A stretch of 64,000 nucleotides of DNA from Mobula hypostoma (lineage: Eukaryota), in assembly GCF_963921235.1 (NCBI RefSeq), contig NC_086104.1, positions 102,858,001 through 102,922,000 on the forward strand. The letters run 5' to 3'. The notes under the pieces were generated by a model. It was not told the DNA's origin, made no database searches, and saw only the letters and a program-made list of their open reading frames with translations. The translations under genes and the position numbers were made by a program. Shown one piece after another: positions 24,521-37,747 of this stretch. Every line of letters begins with the position of its first letter. The stretch's first letter is position 1.

Positions 24521-27500
24521 CATAGAAACATAGAAACATAGAAAATAGGTGCAGGAGTAGGCCATTCGGCCCTTCGAGACTGCACCGCCATTTATTATGA
24601 TCATGGCTGAGCATCCAACTCAGAACCCCGCCCCAGCCTTCCCTCCATATCCCCTGATCCCCATAGCCACAAGGGCCATATCTAACTCCCTCTTAAATAT
24701 AGCCAATGAACTGGCCTCAACTGTTTCCTGTGGCAGAGAATTCCACAGATTCACCACTCTGTGTGAGGAAGTTTTTCCTAATCTCGGTCCTAAAAGGCTT
24801 CCCCTTTATCCTCAAACTGTGACCCCTCGTTCTGGACTTCCCCAACATTGGGAACAATCTTTCTGCATCTAGCCTGTCCAATCCCTTTAGGATTTTATAC
24901 GTTTCAATCAGACCCCCCCTCAATCTTCTAAATTTCAACGAGTACAAGCCCAGTTCATCCAGTCTTTCTTCATATGAAAGTCCTGCCATCCCAGGAATCA
25001 ATCTGGTGAACCTTCTTTGTACTCCCTCTATGGCAAGGATGTCTTTCCTCAGATTAGGGGACCAAAACTACACACAATACTCCAGGTGTGGTCTCACCAA
25101 GGCCTTGTACAACTGCAGTAGTACCTCCCTGCTCCTGTACTCGAATCCTCTCGCTATAAATGCCAGCATACCATTCGCCTTTTTCACCGCCTGCTGTACC
25201 TGCATGCCCACTTTCAATGACTGGTGTATAATGACACCCAGGTCTCGTTGCACCTCCCCTTTTCCTAATCGGCCACCATTCAGGTAATAATCTGTTTTCC
25301 TATTTTTGCCACCAAAGTGGATAACTTCACATTTATCCACATTAAATTGCATCTGCCATGAATTTGCCCACTCACCCAACCTATCCAAGTCACTCTGCAT
25401 CCTCTTAGCATCCTCCTCACAGCTAACACTGCCACCCAGCTTCGTGTCATCCGCAAACTTGGAGATTCTGCATTTAATTCCCTCATCCAAGTCATTAATA
25501 TATATTGTAAACAACTGGGGTCCCAGCACTGAGCCTTGCAGTACCCCACTAGTCACCGCCTGCAATTCTGAAAAGGTCCCGTTTATTCCCACTCTTTGCT
25601 TCCTGTCTGCTAACCAATTCTCCATCCACATCAATACCTTACCCCCAATACCGTGTGCTTTAAGTTTGCACACTAATCTCCTGTGTGGGACCTTGTCAAA
25701 AGCCTTTTGAAAATCCAAATATACCACATCCACTGGTTCTCCCCTATCCACTCCACTAGTTACATCCTCAAAAAATTTTATGAGATTCGTCAGACATGAT
25801 TTTCCTTTCACAAATCCATGCTGACTTTGTCCGATGATTTCACCGCTTTCCAAATGTGCTGTTATCACATCTTTGATAACTGACTCCAGCAGTTTCCCCA
25901 CCACCGACGTTAGGCTAACTGGTCTATAATTCCCGGGTTTCTCTCTCCCTCCTTTTTTAAAAAGTGGAGTTACATTAGCCACCCTCCAATCCTCAGGAAC
26001 TAGTCCAGAATCTAACGAGTTTTGAAAAATTATCACTAATGCACCCACTATTTCTTGGGCTACTTCCCTAAGTACTCTAGGATGCAGACCATCTGGCCCT
26101 GGGGGTTTATCTGCCTTCAATCCCTTCAATTTACCTAACACCACTTCCCTACTAACATGTATTTCACTCAGTTCCTCCATCTTACTGGACCCTCTGTCCC
26201 CTACTATTTCTGGAAGATTATTTATGTCCTCCTTAGTGAAGACAGAACCAAAGTAATTATTCAATTGGTCTGCCATGTCCTTGCTCCCCATAATCATTTC
26301 ACCTGTTTCTGTCTATAGGGGACCTACATTTGTCTTTACCAGTCTTTTTCTTCTTACATACCTATAAAAGCTTTTACAGTCAGTTTTTATGTTCCCTGCC
26401 AGTTTTCTCTCATAATCATTTTTCCCCTTCCTAATTAAGCCCTTTGTCCTCCTCTGCTGAACTCTGAATTTCTCCCAGTCCTCAGGTGAGCCACTTTCTC
26501 TGGCTAATTTGTATGCTTCTTGTTTGGAATTGATACTATCCCTAATTTCTCTTGTCAGCCACGGGTGCACTACCTTCCTTGATTTATTCTTTTGCCAAAC
26601 TGGGATGAACAATTGTTGTAGTTCATCCATGCAACCTTTAAATGCTTGCCATTGCATATCCACCGTCAATCCTTTAAGTGTCATTTGCCAGTCTATCTTA
26701 GCTAATTCACGTCTCATACCTTCAAAGTTACCCCTCTTTAAGTTCAGAACCTTTGTTTCTGAATTAATTATGTCACTCTCCATCTTAATGAAGAATTCCA
26801 CCATATTATGGTCACTCTTACCCAAGGGGCCTCTCACGACAAGATTGCTAATTAACCCTTCCTCATTGCTCAAAACCCAGTCCAGAATAGTAGTTGGTTC
26901 CTCGACATGTTGGTTCAAAAAACCATCCCGCATACATTCCAAGAAATCCTCTTCCTCAGTACCTTTACCAATTTGGTTCATCCAATCTACATGTAGATTG
27001 AAGTCACCCATTATAACTGCTGTTTCTTTATTGCACACATTTCTAATTTCCTGTTTAATACCATCTCCGACCTCACTACTACTGTTAGGTGGCCTGTACA
27101 CAACTCCCACCAGCGTCTTCTGCCCCGTAGTGTTACGCAGCTCTACCCATATCGATTCCACATCTTCCCGGCTTATGTCCTTCCTTTCTATTGCGTTAAT
27201 CTCTTCTTTAACCAGCAACGCCACCCCACCTCCCCTTCCTTCATGTCTATCCCTCCTGAATATTGAATATCCCTGAACGTTGAGCTCCCATCCTTGGTCA
27301 CCCTGGAGCCATGTCTCTGTGATCCCAACTATATCATAATCATTAATAACAATCTGCACTTTCAATTCATCCACCTTATTACGAATGCTCCTTGCATTGA
27401 CACACAAAGCCTTCAGGCGCTCTTTTACAACTCTCTTAGCCCTTGTACAATTATGTTGAAAAGTGGCCCTTTTTAATGCTTGCCCTGGATTTGTCGGCCT

Positions 27501-28032
27501 GCCACTTTTACTTTTCTCCTTAGTACTATTTGCTTCTACCCTCACTTTACACCCCTCTGTCTCTCTGCACTGGTTCCCATCCCCCTGTTGCGAACTAACC
27601 TCCTCACGCCTAGCCTCTTTAATTTGATTCCCACCCCCCAACCATTCTAGTTTAAAGTCACCTCAGTAGCCCTCGCTAATCTCCCTGCCAGGATATTGGT
27701 CCCCCTAGGATTCAAGTGTAACCCGTCCTTTTTGTACAGGTCATGCCTGCACCAAAAGAGGTCCCAATGATCCAAAAACTTGAATCCCTGCCCCCTGCTC
27801 CAATCCCTCAGCCACGCATTTATCCTCCACCTCATCGCATTCCTACTCTCGCTGTCGCGTGGCACAGGCAGTAATCCCGAGATTACTACCTTTGCGGTCC
27901 TTTTTCTCAACTCCCTTCCTAACTCCCTATATTCTCCTTTCAGGACCTCATCCCTTTTCCTACCTATGTCATTGGTACCTATATGTACCACGACCTCTGG
28001 CTCCTCACCCTCCCACTTCAGGATATCTTGGA
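24521..28032 (-). mobile_element. Young CR1 LINE: ORF1 C-terminal esterase part and near-intact ORF2 (APE endonuclease plus RT)
   Basis: ORFs 27647-28096, 26313-27641, 25068-26297 and 24717-25001. The ORF2 pieces are in one frame, separated by TAG at 26313 and 25068. Motifs GITETW, GDFN, SDH, QGSVLGP, FADDT; (CATAGAAA)3 tail. Confidence 0.95.
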
Positions 28033-28529
28033 CAGAAATTAACGCCCAGAAATTTAAAGTTTCTGCCCTCTGCACCTCTGATCCCCTAATGGGCACTGGC
28101 TAATGGATGCTCAATTTCTTCCTACTCTCGTCAGGAATTAGTTTGTCAGTTTTGTGGATGTTGAATGACAGGTGGTTGTTGTGGCACCACTCACTCAGAT
28201 TTTTAAATTTATAGATGACTTCAAATTTGGTGGTATATTTCATAATTTAAAATAAATCTAATCTAATCTAATATAATATAAAGTACATAGATGTTACTAT
28301 ATTCAACCTCCAAGATTAATCTTCTTGTGAGCATATACAGTAAATCCAAGAAACACAGTAGAATCACTGAAAGACTGCACCCAACAGGAGCAGGTGTAGG
28401 TTACCAATACCCTCAGGGCTGGGTTCCGATGATGGAGGCAAGAACCCACACGGTCTCACAGCTGAACTACACTCCACAGGACCCTTTCATTCACTGTGTT
28501 CATCTTCCCTGGTTTAACTTCCCAAAACA

Positions 28530-31260
28530 GAGTCACAGATTTATACAACACAGAAATAGTTCCTTTGGCCCAACTCATCCAGGCCGATCAAGCTGCCGAA
28601 CTCAACTGCACCCAATTGCCTTCAATTAGGCCATTTCATCCCAAATCTTTCTTCTCCATGTGCCTGCTCCGACGTATTTTAAATATTGTGAATATACCTA
28701 CCTCTACAACTTGCTCCACGTATCCTTCCGTGGGAAATGTTGCCCCTCAGGTCCCTTAAAATCTTTATCCTCTCACAACATATTTATGCCCTTTACATAT
28801 CAACATCCCTCCACTGAGGGGAAAAAACTCTGACCATCCACCTTATCGATGCCCTTCATGATTACATAAACCCGTACAAAGTCATTATACTCAGCCCTTA
28901 TACTTCAGAGAAAAGTCCCAGTCTATCAGTTCTCTGCTTATAACTCCAGCCCCAGAGATATCCTTGTGAATATTTTCTACTCCCTTTCCAGCTCAAATGA
29001 CATATTTCCTGCGGCTCTGTGACCGAAACTGCACATAGTTCACCAAGTACAGTCTCAGGAATGTCTTGTGCTCAGTCACATGACCTCCAGGGAATTGTAC
29101 TCAGTGCTCCGACTGGTGAAGGCAAACGTATCAGACGTCTCTACACCACCCTGTCTATCTATGTACTCACAGCCCCTTGTCTCTCTGTTTTACAACACTC
29201 ACCAGGGCCCTGCCATTTATGCCCCAATCTAAATTACCAAATTGGCTCACTCTGTTCTTGTCTGAGTTAAATTCCATCTGCCATTTCCTTGCTCATGTTC
29301 CTGAAGAATCTATATCACAAACTTCAGAATGGTCCACTATACCACCAATTTGGTGTCACCTGTGAATGTATGAGTTAAGCCATTTACATTCTCATCCGAA
29401 TCACCAATGCATATGAGAAACAAGAGAGCAGATGCTCCGATCTAAAACCGAAAGTGAGGATTCAAAAGGGGCAAGGATGGAGGAGAACAGACATTTCAGA
29501 GGGTCACAAGAACTGGAGGAAGGTAGAGAGTGTTAGTGTGAGGCTACAGAAGAATTTATGTCTGATTGTTTATTTATCCATAATTTAATAAACCTCTTTA
29601 AACCCCCACCTCATCTTCCTGTGCTCCAGAGAAAACAGCCTATCCAGTCTCTCATTGGAACTCAAGCCCTCCAGTCCCAGTCACTTTCTTGTGAATCTTT
29701 CTGTGCCCTTTCCAGCTGAATCACATCAAGGTGACCAGAACTACACATTAGTACCCGAAGTGCAGTCTAATCAACATCCTGTACAGTTGTAACATAACAT
29801 CCGAACACATGTACTCAACGGCCTGATCAATGAAGGCAAGTGAAGTCGAGCTCTTTCTTCACTTGCAGGAATTCTATCCTGAGGTCCCTCCATTGTGCAA
29901 CTATGTCCAGGGCACAGCTACTTACTGGGTAATCTTTTGCTCTGGTTTGACTGACTAAAATATAATATTCAGCATTTGTCTGAATTAAATTCCACCTGTC
30001 ATTTCCTGGCCAAATTTTGTAGTTGTCCTATGTCCCATTTTAACGTGAATGATCTTCTTCACTTCAGAATATTATCAGTTTTGGTATCAACTGCAGACTT
30101 AGTAAAGATGCCAGATATATTCTCATCTAAATTGTCAATATAGCCGACAAACAAAATACACAGAAGTACCACTGGTTACAGGCCTTCAATCTAAAATGGT
30201 AATTTATTTATCAAAACAATCAATTTATTAATCAACAGTCACATCCAAGTCATTAATATACATGACAAACAACATGGGACCAGGCACTGATCCCTGTGGT
30301 TTTAAATGATGAAAAGATCAAAACCAAATGGAAAGGTTTGTAATTGAAACTAAAGCAGAGAACGCTGGATACCCTCAGCCGCTCAGGAAGCATCTATGGA
30401 AAGAGAAACAGAGTGAATATTTCAGGTCATAATTTGTAAAGTGAGAGAAAACAAAGTTCATTTTAATTTGCAGAAAGAATTGGCAGAGAGATCCTTGGGA
30501 TGAAATGAATAGCAGGTCAAAAGAGTTAATGGGGGCAGAGATGGTGAATATGATTATCATATTGATCTGGTTTACATGATTCCTGAAGCAGCGTTTAGTT
30601 GATTCTCACTATTGCAGAATGTTACGGCACTTACAGGCCACTCAGCCCATCATCTCTATATCAACCATACTAATCCCTTCTTCTAGTATTTGGCCTGTAG
30701 CCTGGGTAATTCAAGTGTTTGATGAGACATTTCTGAAATAGTATCAGCAAATCTTCTGCCATTCTCTCTGGCAGTGTTTTCTGGGTAATCACTCCTCTCT
30801 CACTCTCTTGCCCTCTCAACCTAACACCCCACATCCCCCTTCCCATCCAGTGCATTATCTACTTTCGATATGGGGGAAGCTCTCTGCAATCTACCCACAC
30901 TCTTCCCCTCATCATTTCCTATATCTATCTCGTCTCCTCTCTTAAGCAGGGATCAGTGCTGGGTCCACTTTTGTTTGTCATCTAGATCAACGATCTGGAT
31001 GATAATGTGGTAAAACAGATAGGCACATTTGCAGATGACAGCAAGATTGTGGGTATAGTGGACAGCGAGGAAGGCTATTGAAGCTTGCAGTGTGATCTTG
31101 AAAGTGGAGTCACTGGTAGGTAGGGTCGTAGAGAGAGCTCTGGGCACATTGGCCTTCATAAATCAAAACGTTGGGTACAGGAGTTGGGATGTTATGTTAA
31201 AGTTGATTGAGGCCAAATTTAGAGTATTGTGTGCAATTCTGGTCACCTGTCTACAGTTAA
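28530..31260. mobile_element. Heavily decayed CR1 fragments, mostly minus strand
   Basis: Recurrent CR1 RT/3' remnants, e.g. gtgaccagaactacac and FADDSKIVG at ~31025. Confidence 0.55.
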
Positions 31261-32039
31261 TCACCTGTCCCAGAGAACGCTTGAAGTGGTAACAACAGGG
31301 AGAATAAATGCACATTTCCAAGACTTCAAACAATCAGGCGAAGTGGACAGGGTTTTGTGAAAGTGATCTCACGTTTCACAATTACATTCGAATCTTTGGA
31401 GTGGGAACACAAGCTGCGGATAAAGGAAACAGTGGTTGTCCTGAACTACAATGTCCATTTGATAAGCTGCTCCTTCAGAGGGTATCAGGAAAATGGAAGC
31501 TCACCGTGAATACTGAACCTACTGGTGACATAGAGAGATGGGAACGCAAGTTGTGAAGATGGGGTAAGGAGGCAATAGAGAGATTTTGGGAGGAAGTGAG
31601 ATTGTACATTTTTTGCAGGAAAATATGCAATAAAGCACATTCTCTAAATGTTGAAAGATAGCAGAATATTATCTGATGAAGGGGTTCCTGCCTGAGACGT
31701 TAACTCTGTTTCTCTGACCAGGGTTGCTGCCTGAGCTGTGTTTTACTTCAATTTCAGAATTCTGGTCTGCGTGTTTATTTTTTCCCAGAATATCATCGGT
31801 TAATTCTCGGAGCATTGAGCAGAAATTTGAAGAGGTTTGCATCATTTATCCAGGGCATGAGGCGGTAATGTTACAGACCGACCTTCGATATCGGATCTGA
31901 GCATCTGTTGTTTTTTTTCCTGGGACGCTGGGTTTCTGTTCCGTTGCGGCCAAACCGTTGGAAACTGACGGTTGTGGATCATAAAGAAGAGAAGCCGCCC
32001 TCTACTCTGTCTATCAAGAACTATTTCCACCCCTCCCGT

Positions 32040-32163
32040 CTCTCTCTCTCTCTCTCTCTCTCTCCCACCCCCACCCCCCGCATTGTCTGTCACAGTCTCC
32101 TCCCCTCCCGTCTCTCTCTCTCTGCACTGCCCGTCACTTTGTCTCCTCCCCTCTCTCTCTCTG
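32040..32163. repeat. (CT)n microsatellite tracts upstream of H4
   Basis: Three CT runs. Confidence 0.9.
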
Positions 32164-32178
32164 CGCGTTTCTCGGACA

Positions 32179-32200
32179 GGTCGGGGCGCTGTGTATAAAA
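32179..32200 (+). promoter_or_regulatory. H4 core promoter (GC-rich element plus TATA)
   Basis: ggtcggggcgctgtgTATAAAA, TATA at 32194-32200. Confidence 0.8.
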
Positions 32201-32245
32201 GGTGACACCAGTACAGAGTTTGTTACTGAACGACGACTGGAGTGA

Positions 32246-32566
<321 letters not shown>

Positions 32567-32598
32567 GGAACTCTTCGTTCTTCCAAACACAAAACAAA

Positions 32599-32640
32599 GG
32601 CTCTTCTAAGAGCCGCCCACCGCCTCACGGAGAGAGCAGT
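32599..32640 (+). terminator. Histone stem-loop (32599-32614) and downstream element
   Basis: GGCTCTTCTAAGAGCC followed by GGAGAGAGCAG. Confidence 0.95.
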
Positions 32641-33387
32641 GACCGGGGAGAGCAGGTCCCATAGCACTGACCTGAAATGTTAACTCTTTATTATGCGATT
32701 GAGTTTGAAACAAAGTGTTGAGGTTGTCAAGTAGTTATTTACAATTATCCCGAGGATACTGTCTGAGTGGTATTGGGTCATGAAGAGCGCGGTTGTACTC
32801 CCATTCTCACGGTGAGCGCAATAAGCCAATCAGAGAGCGGCCTCATTCACCAATGAACGGAGAGCAGCGAGTGAAGCGCCGAAAGTGCCCAGTTCCCCAG
32901 ATGACCTGAAATTTGAAAAGCCCGCCGAAAATGTAATTATTGAACCGTTGTCTGCAAAAATATGTATTTACTCGTTAATTCGCTCTATTTAACCGTGGAC
33001 TGAACTAGAAACGGGAGACGAAGGCTACATTTATTAAAACATATTCTCCATAACAGTAACAACCGCAAATACTTGCCCACCATAACCAGCTGTACACGGC
33101 GGGGTTATGGGGACCCATACGGGGAGAGGTTTATCTCTGGTGTACAGGAACCCTGACGGCGAGGGATGTTTATCTCTGGTGTTCGTGCTGCCGTTAACCC
33201 AACGGCACAGAACTGCCGATTCTGTGTTGGTGGGTCCGGCCGTGTTGGAGTCTGTAACAAACCGGGATGAATTATTGAACAATATTAAACAAAACACCCA
33301 CAGGGGAAGGTCAGAGGAAATCGGCGTGTCGGTAACACAAAAGGTGAATGAATAGGAAATGACAGCCCTTTCCACTGCTGGGTTAGT

Positions 33388-33403
33388 GGCTCTTAAAAGA
33401 GCC
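33388..33403 (-). terminator. Histone stem-loop of the inverted H3 copy
   Basis: Minus strand GGCTCTTTTAAGAGCC; flanks identical to 52267-52380. Confidence 0.93.
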
Positions 33404-33432
33404 TTTTGTTGTGCTTGGTGCCGAGGCCGGAT

Positions 33433-33618
33433 TNNNNNNNNNNNNNNNNNNNNNNNNNNNNNNNNNNNNNNNNNNNNNNNNNNNNNNNNNNNNNNNNNNN
33501 NNNNNNNNNNNNNNNNNNNNNNNNNNNNNNNNNNNNNNNNNNNNNNNNNNNNNNNNNNNNNNTGCAGGGCCATGACGGCCGAGCTCTGGAAGCGCAGGTC
33601 GGTCTTGAAGTCCTGAGC
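33433..33618 (-). pseudogene. H3: 5'-truncated histone H3 copy (contains the 129-N run at 33434-33562)
   Basis: [19 protein letters not shown] on the minus strand; the 5' half is replaced by a Penelope-like fragment from ~33620. Confidence 0.85.
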
Positions 33619-33619
33619 T

Positions 33620-34160
33620 GGGAATCCCATTTTTATTCTCCTTCCCATTCCATTCCGATATCTCAGTCCAAGGCCTACTCAACCGTCGCGATGAAGCCAC
33701 ATTCAGGTTGGAGGAACAACACCTTATATGCCGTCTGTACAGCCTCCAACCTGATGACATGAACATCGATTTCTCAAGCTTCCAGTAACTGCCCCTCTTC
33801 ATTCCCCATTTCCCTCTCTCACTTTATCAACTTCCCTGCCGAGTACCTCCTTCCGATGTTCCGTCCCCCTTCCATGGCCTTCTGGCCTCTCCCATCATTT
33901 TCCCCCTTCTTTTGCCTGATATCGATTTCACCAAAAGACTTCCCAGCTCTGAACTTCATACCCCACCCCCTCCCGGTTTCACCTACCACCTTGTACTTCT
34001 TCATCCGCTCCCCCTGGCTCGCTGCTTCTTCCACCCACCCCCCAACTTCTCATCTTTTTTTCCAGTCCTGATGAATGGTCTCAGCCCTAAACGTTGACTG
34101 TTCAGTCCTTTCTATAGATGCTGCCTGGCCTGTGGAATTCTACAGCATTTTGTGCATTTT
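33620..34160 (+). mobile_element. Penelope-like element 3' end (GIY-YIG C-terminus plus terminal repeat with hammerhead-like motif)
   Basis: RLEEQHLICRLYSLQPDDMNIDFSSF*; CAGTC-CTGATGA...AAACGTT-GACTG at 34063-34100. Confidence 0.75.
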
Positions 34161-34689
34161 GAAAGGCCTAGACAGAGAGGACATGGAGAAGCTGTTTCCT
34201 ATAGTGGGTGAGGCTAGGACCAGAAGCACAGCCTCAGAATAGAGGGTCATACCTTTAGAACAGATGAAGAGTGTGGTGAATTGGTGGAAATCATTTCAAC
34301 AGAAGACTGTGGAGGCCAAGTCATTGGGTATATTTAAAGTGGAGCTTGATGGTTTTGTTTATTAGTGAGGATGCCAAAGGGGTCATGTTGGAATAGGGTC
34401 GAGAGGGAATGGCGGACCGACCCGATGGCCTCATTCTACTCCTATATCTTATGGTCTAATACAAGCACCTCACTGTACTGCCAGTGCACAGACCTATAGA
34501 ACACAAGTACGACCATCCCCTACCCTAGAGGGATTGATGTGTGCCTGCACTGTGCTGGGAGGTGTAATGTTCTGTGGGTTTACGGTGGGGATCACTGAAG
34601 GGAATAAAGGGAGATAACTGTTTGTAAGATCAGGGAATTGAGACAAAGTGGACTGATATGGAAGAGGAGTTGAGACTTTGTGCCGAATG

Positions 34690-35300
34690 GCCATGATATG
34701 GAATTGTGGGCCAGGCCTGGTGACCTACTCCTGCTCCTGTTCTCTTTGTTCCTGTGGCAATGTGTGGGCACAGAGCTTCACGACACGGAGTGTTGTACCT
34801 TACAATCACACATCAGCAGCGGATTGCAGGGATGCGAACATTTATAACCTCTGTAACTGTAGAGCCACAGGACTTCCAACTCCCCACACAGTATGGATGT
34901 AATTGTAGTGTGAGGACCCAGAATGATACTACATCCAGAACTGTACTGCAAGGACACAGAGTATAAACCACAACCCTGCACCTTCAGGGCACAGTAAACA
35001 ACTCCCCCTGCCCCCACAAACACACACTACACTATACAGAAACAGTCAGCAGTGTTCTACAAGGATAATGAACCCTAAGTCCTTCACCAAAAGGACACAG
35101 ACTGATAAACTCTCCACACTGTGGAGTGAGTACACAGGCCTGTACACACCCAGTACTGTACTCCACTGTGAAACACCAGTACAAATGCAGTACTTCAAGG
35201 ACAGAGACTGACACTGGATTGAAATTTGAGGAACTGGTCAGATAAGAGCAAAGAATCTACTTCCCTGGTGGGAGAGTCCAGAACAAGGAAATAAGAGCCT
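34690..35300 (+). repeat. Locally duplicated ~600-bp block, copy 1 (copy 2 at ~37748-38330)
   Basis: Shared segments ccatgatatggaattg...atcacacatcagcag...gccacaggacttccaactccccacac...aaggacacagag...aaagaatctacttccct. Confidence 0.85.
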
Positions 35301-36574
35301 GACTGTGCGATGGGGATGTCAGGGTTTCACAGACAATGGCATCAGCCAAATGGGCAGAGCAGACATGGGAGGACTGGATGGGGAAGTTAAATCTATTTTT
35401 ATGCACTGATGAACTTAGAGGGTTGATCAGCTGGAGAGTGTGTGGGATTGCTGCAGTCACAGGGACACCACTTTTCAGAGGAGAGCACATAAAGGTGGAT
35501 AAATCCCTGGGACCTGATCAGTTGTACCCTAGGATATTGTGCGAAGCTAGGGAAGTAACTACAGGGGCCCTGGCAGAGAAATTTGTATCTCCTTAAGCCA
35601 CCGGTGCTGTACCAGAAGACTGGAGGATGACTAATGTGGTACTGCAAGAACAAGCCAGTGAACCTGACAGCAGTGGTTGTAAAATGATCTTGCTGGAAGT
35701 AGGGAGAGAGCGGGAGTGCAGACCAGTGCACAGTGAGTGTTGCCGGCTGCACTACTCTGTTAGCAGATTAACAATCTGAATGGTAATGTTGTTAACATAA
35801 AGTACTAGAGCAACACACCTGGGACCAAGTGGATCTGTGCAAGTATGTAGAGAATGCAGCATGTACACTCAAGAAGGAAATTAGTAAGGCCAAGGGGCCA
35901 TCAGGTGGCTTTGGCACAGATCAATGGTTAGAACAGTTTTCCCTTGGTGGGATGTCTACAACAAGAGGACTTTGGCACAAGATGAGAGGAAGGAGGGTTC
36001 GAGGGATCTGAGGAGGGAATTTTCTTTATCACTGTTGTTGGAATCTGGAACATGCTGCCTGAGGAAGTGGTAGAGGCAGGTACAGTCAGTAAGTAGCAAC
36101 AAGACCAGAAGCTGAGCGCCTCAGAGAATGTCTGTTACAGTGTTTTAGCCAGTCTGTGATATCACGTCTATGAAAGAGACAGAATAAACTGGCACAGAAG
36201 AGGAGGTGAGGCCTGGGACAGATCAGCCAGGTTCACACTGCATGGTGGGGCAGGGTTGAGGGGCCAGGTGGGTGACTCCTGCTCCTGTTGTCTTGTGTTC
36301 TGCTGAGTGTGGTTCCCACCTGGGACTGTCTGTTGCAGGGGTGGTGAGGAAAAAACCGTCGGGGTGTTGAAAGGGGATTGGACATGTCCTTCGGGGAAAT
36401 AACATACAGAGGTGGGGGCGGTGAGTAGTGGGGGGGACTGATGGGATTGTTGTATCAGGCTCAATGGTCAAATGTCCGATCCAGTCCCAGAATGATCCTG
36501 AGCCCAGGAGATATCTGAAGATTTCTGTGAACCTTCTAAACTCCAGGGCAGACAAGTCAGTGTAGACGTTCTGA

Positions 36575-37125
36575 AACACTGGTGAGGCCTCACCTGTGAG
36601 CAGTTTTGGCCCCTTATTTTAGAAAGGATGTGCTGAAACTGGAGGGGGTTCAAAAGAAGTTCATGAAAATGATTCCAGGATTAAACAGCTTGTCATATGA
36701 AGAGTGTTTGATGGCTCTGGGCCTGTATTCACTGGAATTTAGAATAATGAGGGGTGACCCATTGAAACCTATTGAATGGCCTTGATAGAGTGGATGAGGA
36801 GAGGATGTTTCCCGTGGTGAGACCAAGAGGGTACAGCCTCAGAATTGAGGTGCATCCTTTTAGAATGGAGATGAGGAGGGATTTCTTTAGCCAGAGAGTG
36901 GTGAATCTGTGGAATTCTTTGCCACAGGCAGCTGTGGAGGCCAAGTCTTTATGTATACTTAAGGCAGAGGTTGATAGATTCTTGATTGGTCAGGGCATGA
37001 AGGGATACAAGGAGAAGGCAGGAGACGGGGGCTGAGAGGAAAACTGGCTGAGTTATGATGGAATGGTGGAGCAGACTCAATGGGCCAAATGGCCTAATTC
37101 TGCTCCCATATCCAATGGTCTTATA
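36575..37125 (+). mobile_element. CR1 3' fragment
   Basis: FRMEMRRDFFSQRVVNLWNSLPQAAVEAKSL plus 3' UTR. Confidence 0.85.
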
Positions 37126-37747
37126 AGGCCTCACTTCTGTAAAAACTCTGGCACTGTATTCCAAGCACACGGAGCTGCCAGAGCACAGCACAAGGACAGG
37201 GATTTAACAGAACACAACAGTGGACAATCCCAGCATTGCACTGTCACATGTCCTATAGACATCAGCACCATACTGTATAGATACAGATCTTTATACATCC
37301 AGTTGTACAGATAAGTAACGTCAAAAAAAATCTGCAAATACTGGAAATGTACAAACATTTGTAAAATGAAAATACAAAATACTGAAACACTCACACATCA
37401 CGCTGCATCTGGTGAGTTTCCAGCATTTTCAGGTTTTATCTCAGTCCCACTAAGCTGGAACAGTGGGATACACTTGCCTTTTACACAGTGACATAACTGA
37501 CACTGGGCTGTGTGACCTGCACATCCCTGCAGTGAACTGACAGGAAGCAACAATACAACCCCTGCTCTGTACTGTAATGGTACAGAATGGTACGAGGCAT
37601 GGAACAATTCCCTACCCTCGATGGACAGGGAGGCAGGATGATTGGAGGGAGTTAAAGAGGAAAGTGATACAGTAAATGTTTGGAAGATTGGCGATTGAGA
37701 CCAATTGGACTGACACAGAAGAGGAGTTAAGATTTGGGGCTGATTAG

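Noticed and set aside
34860-35210. CRISPR-like repeat-spacer array
   Set aside because: Repeats are degenerate and irregularly spaced, the context is eukaryotic, and there are no cas genes.
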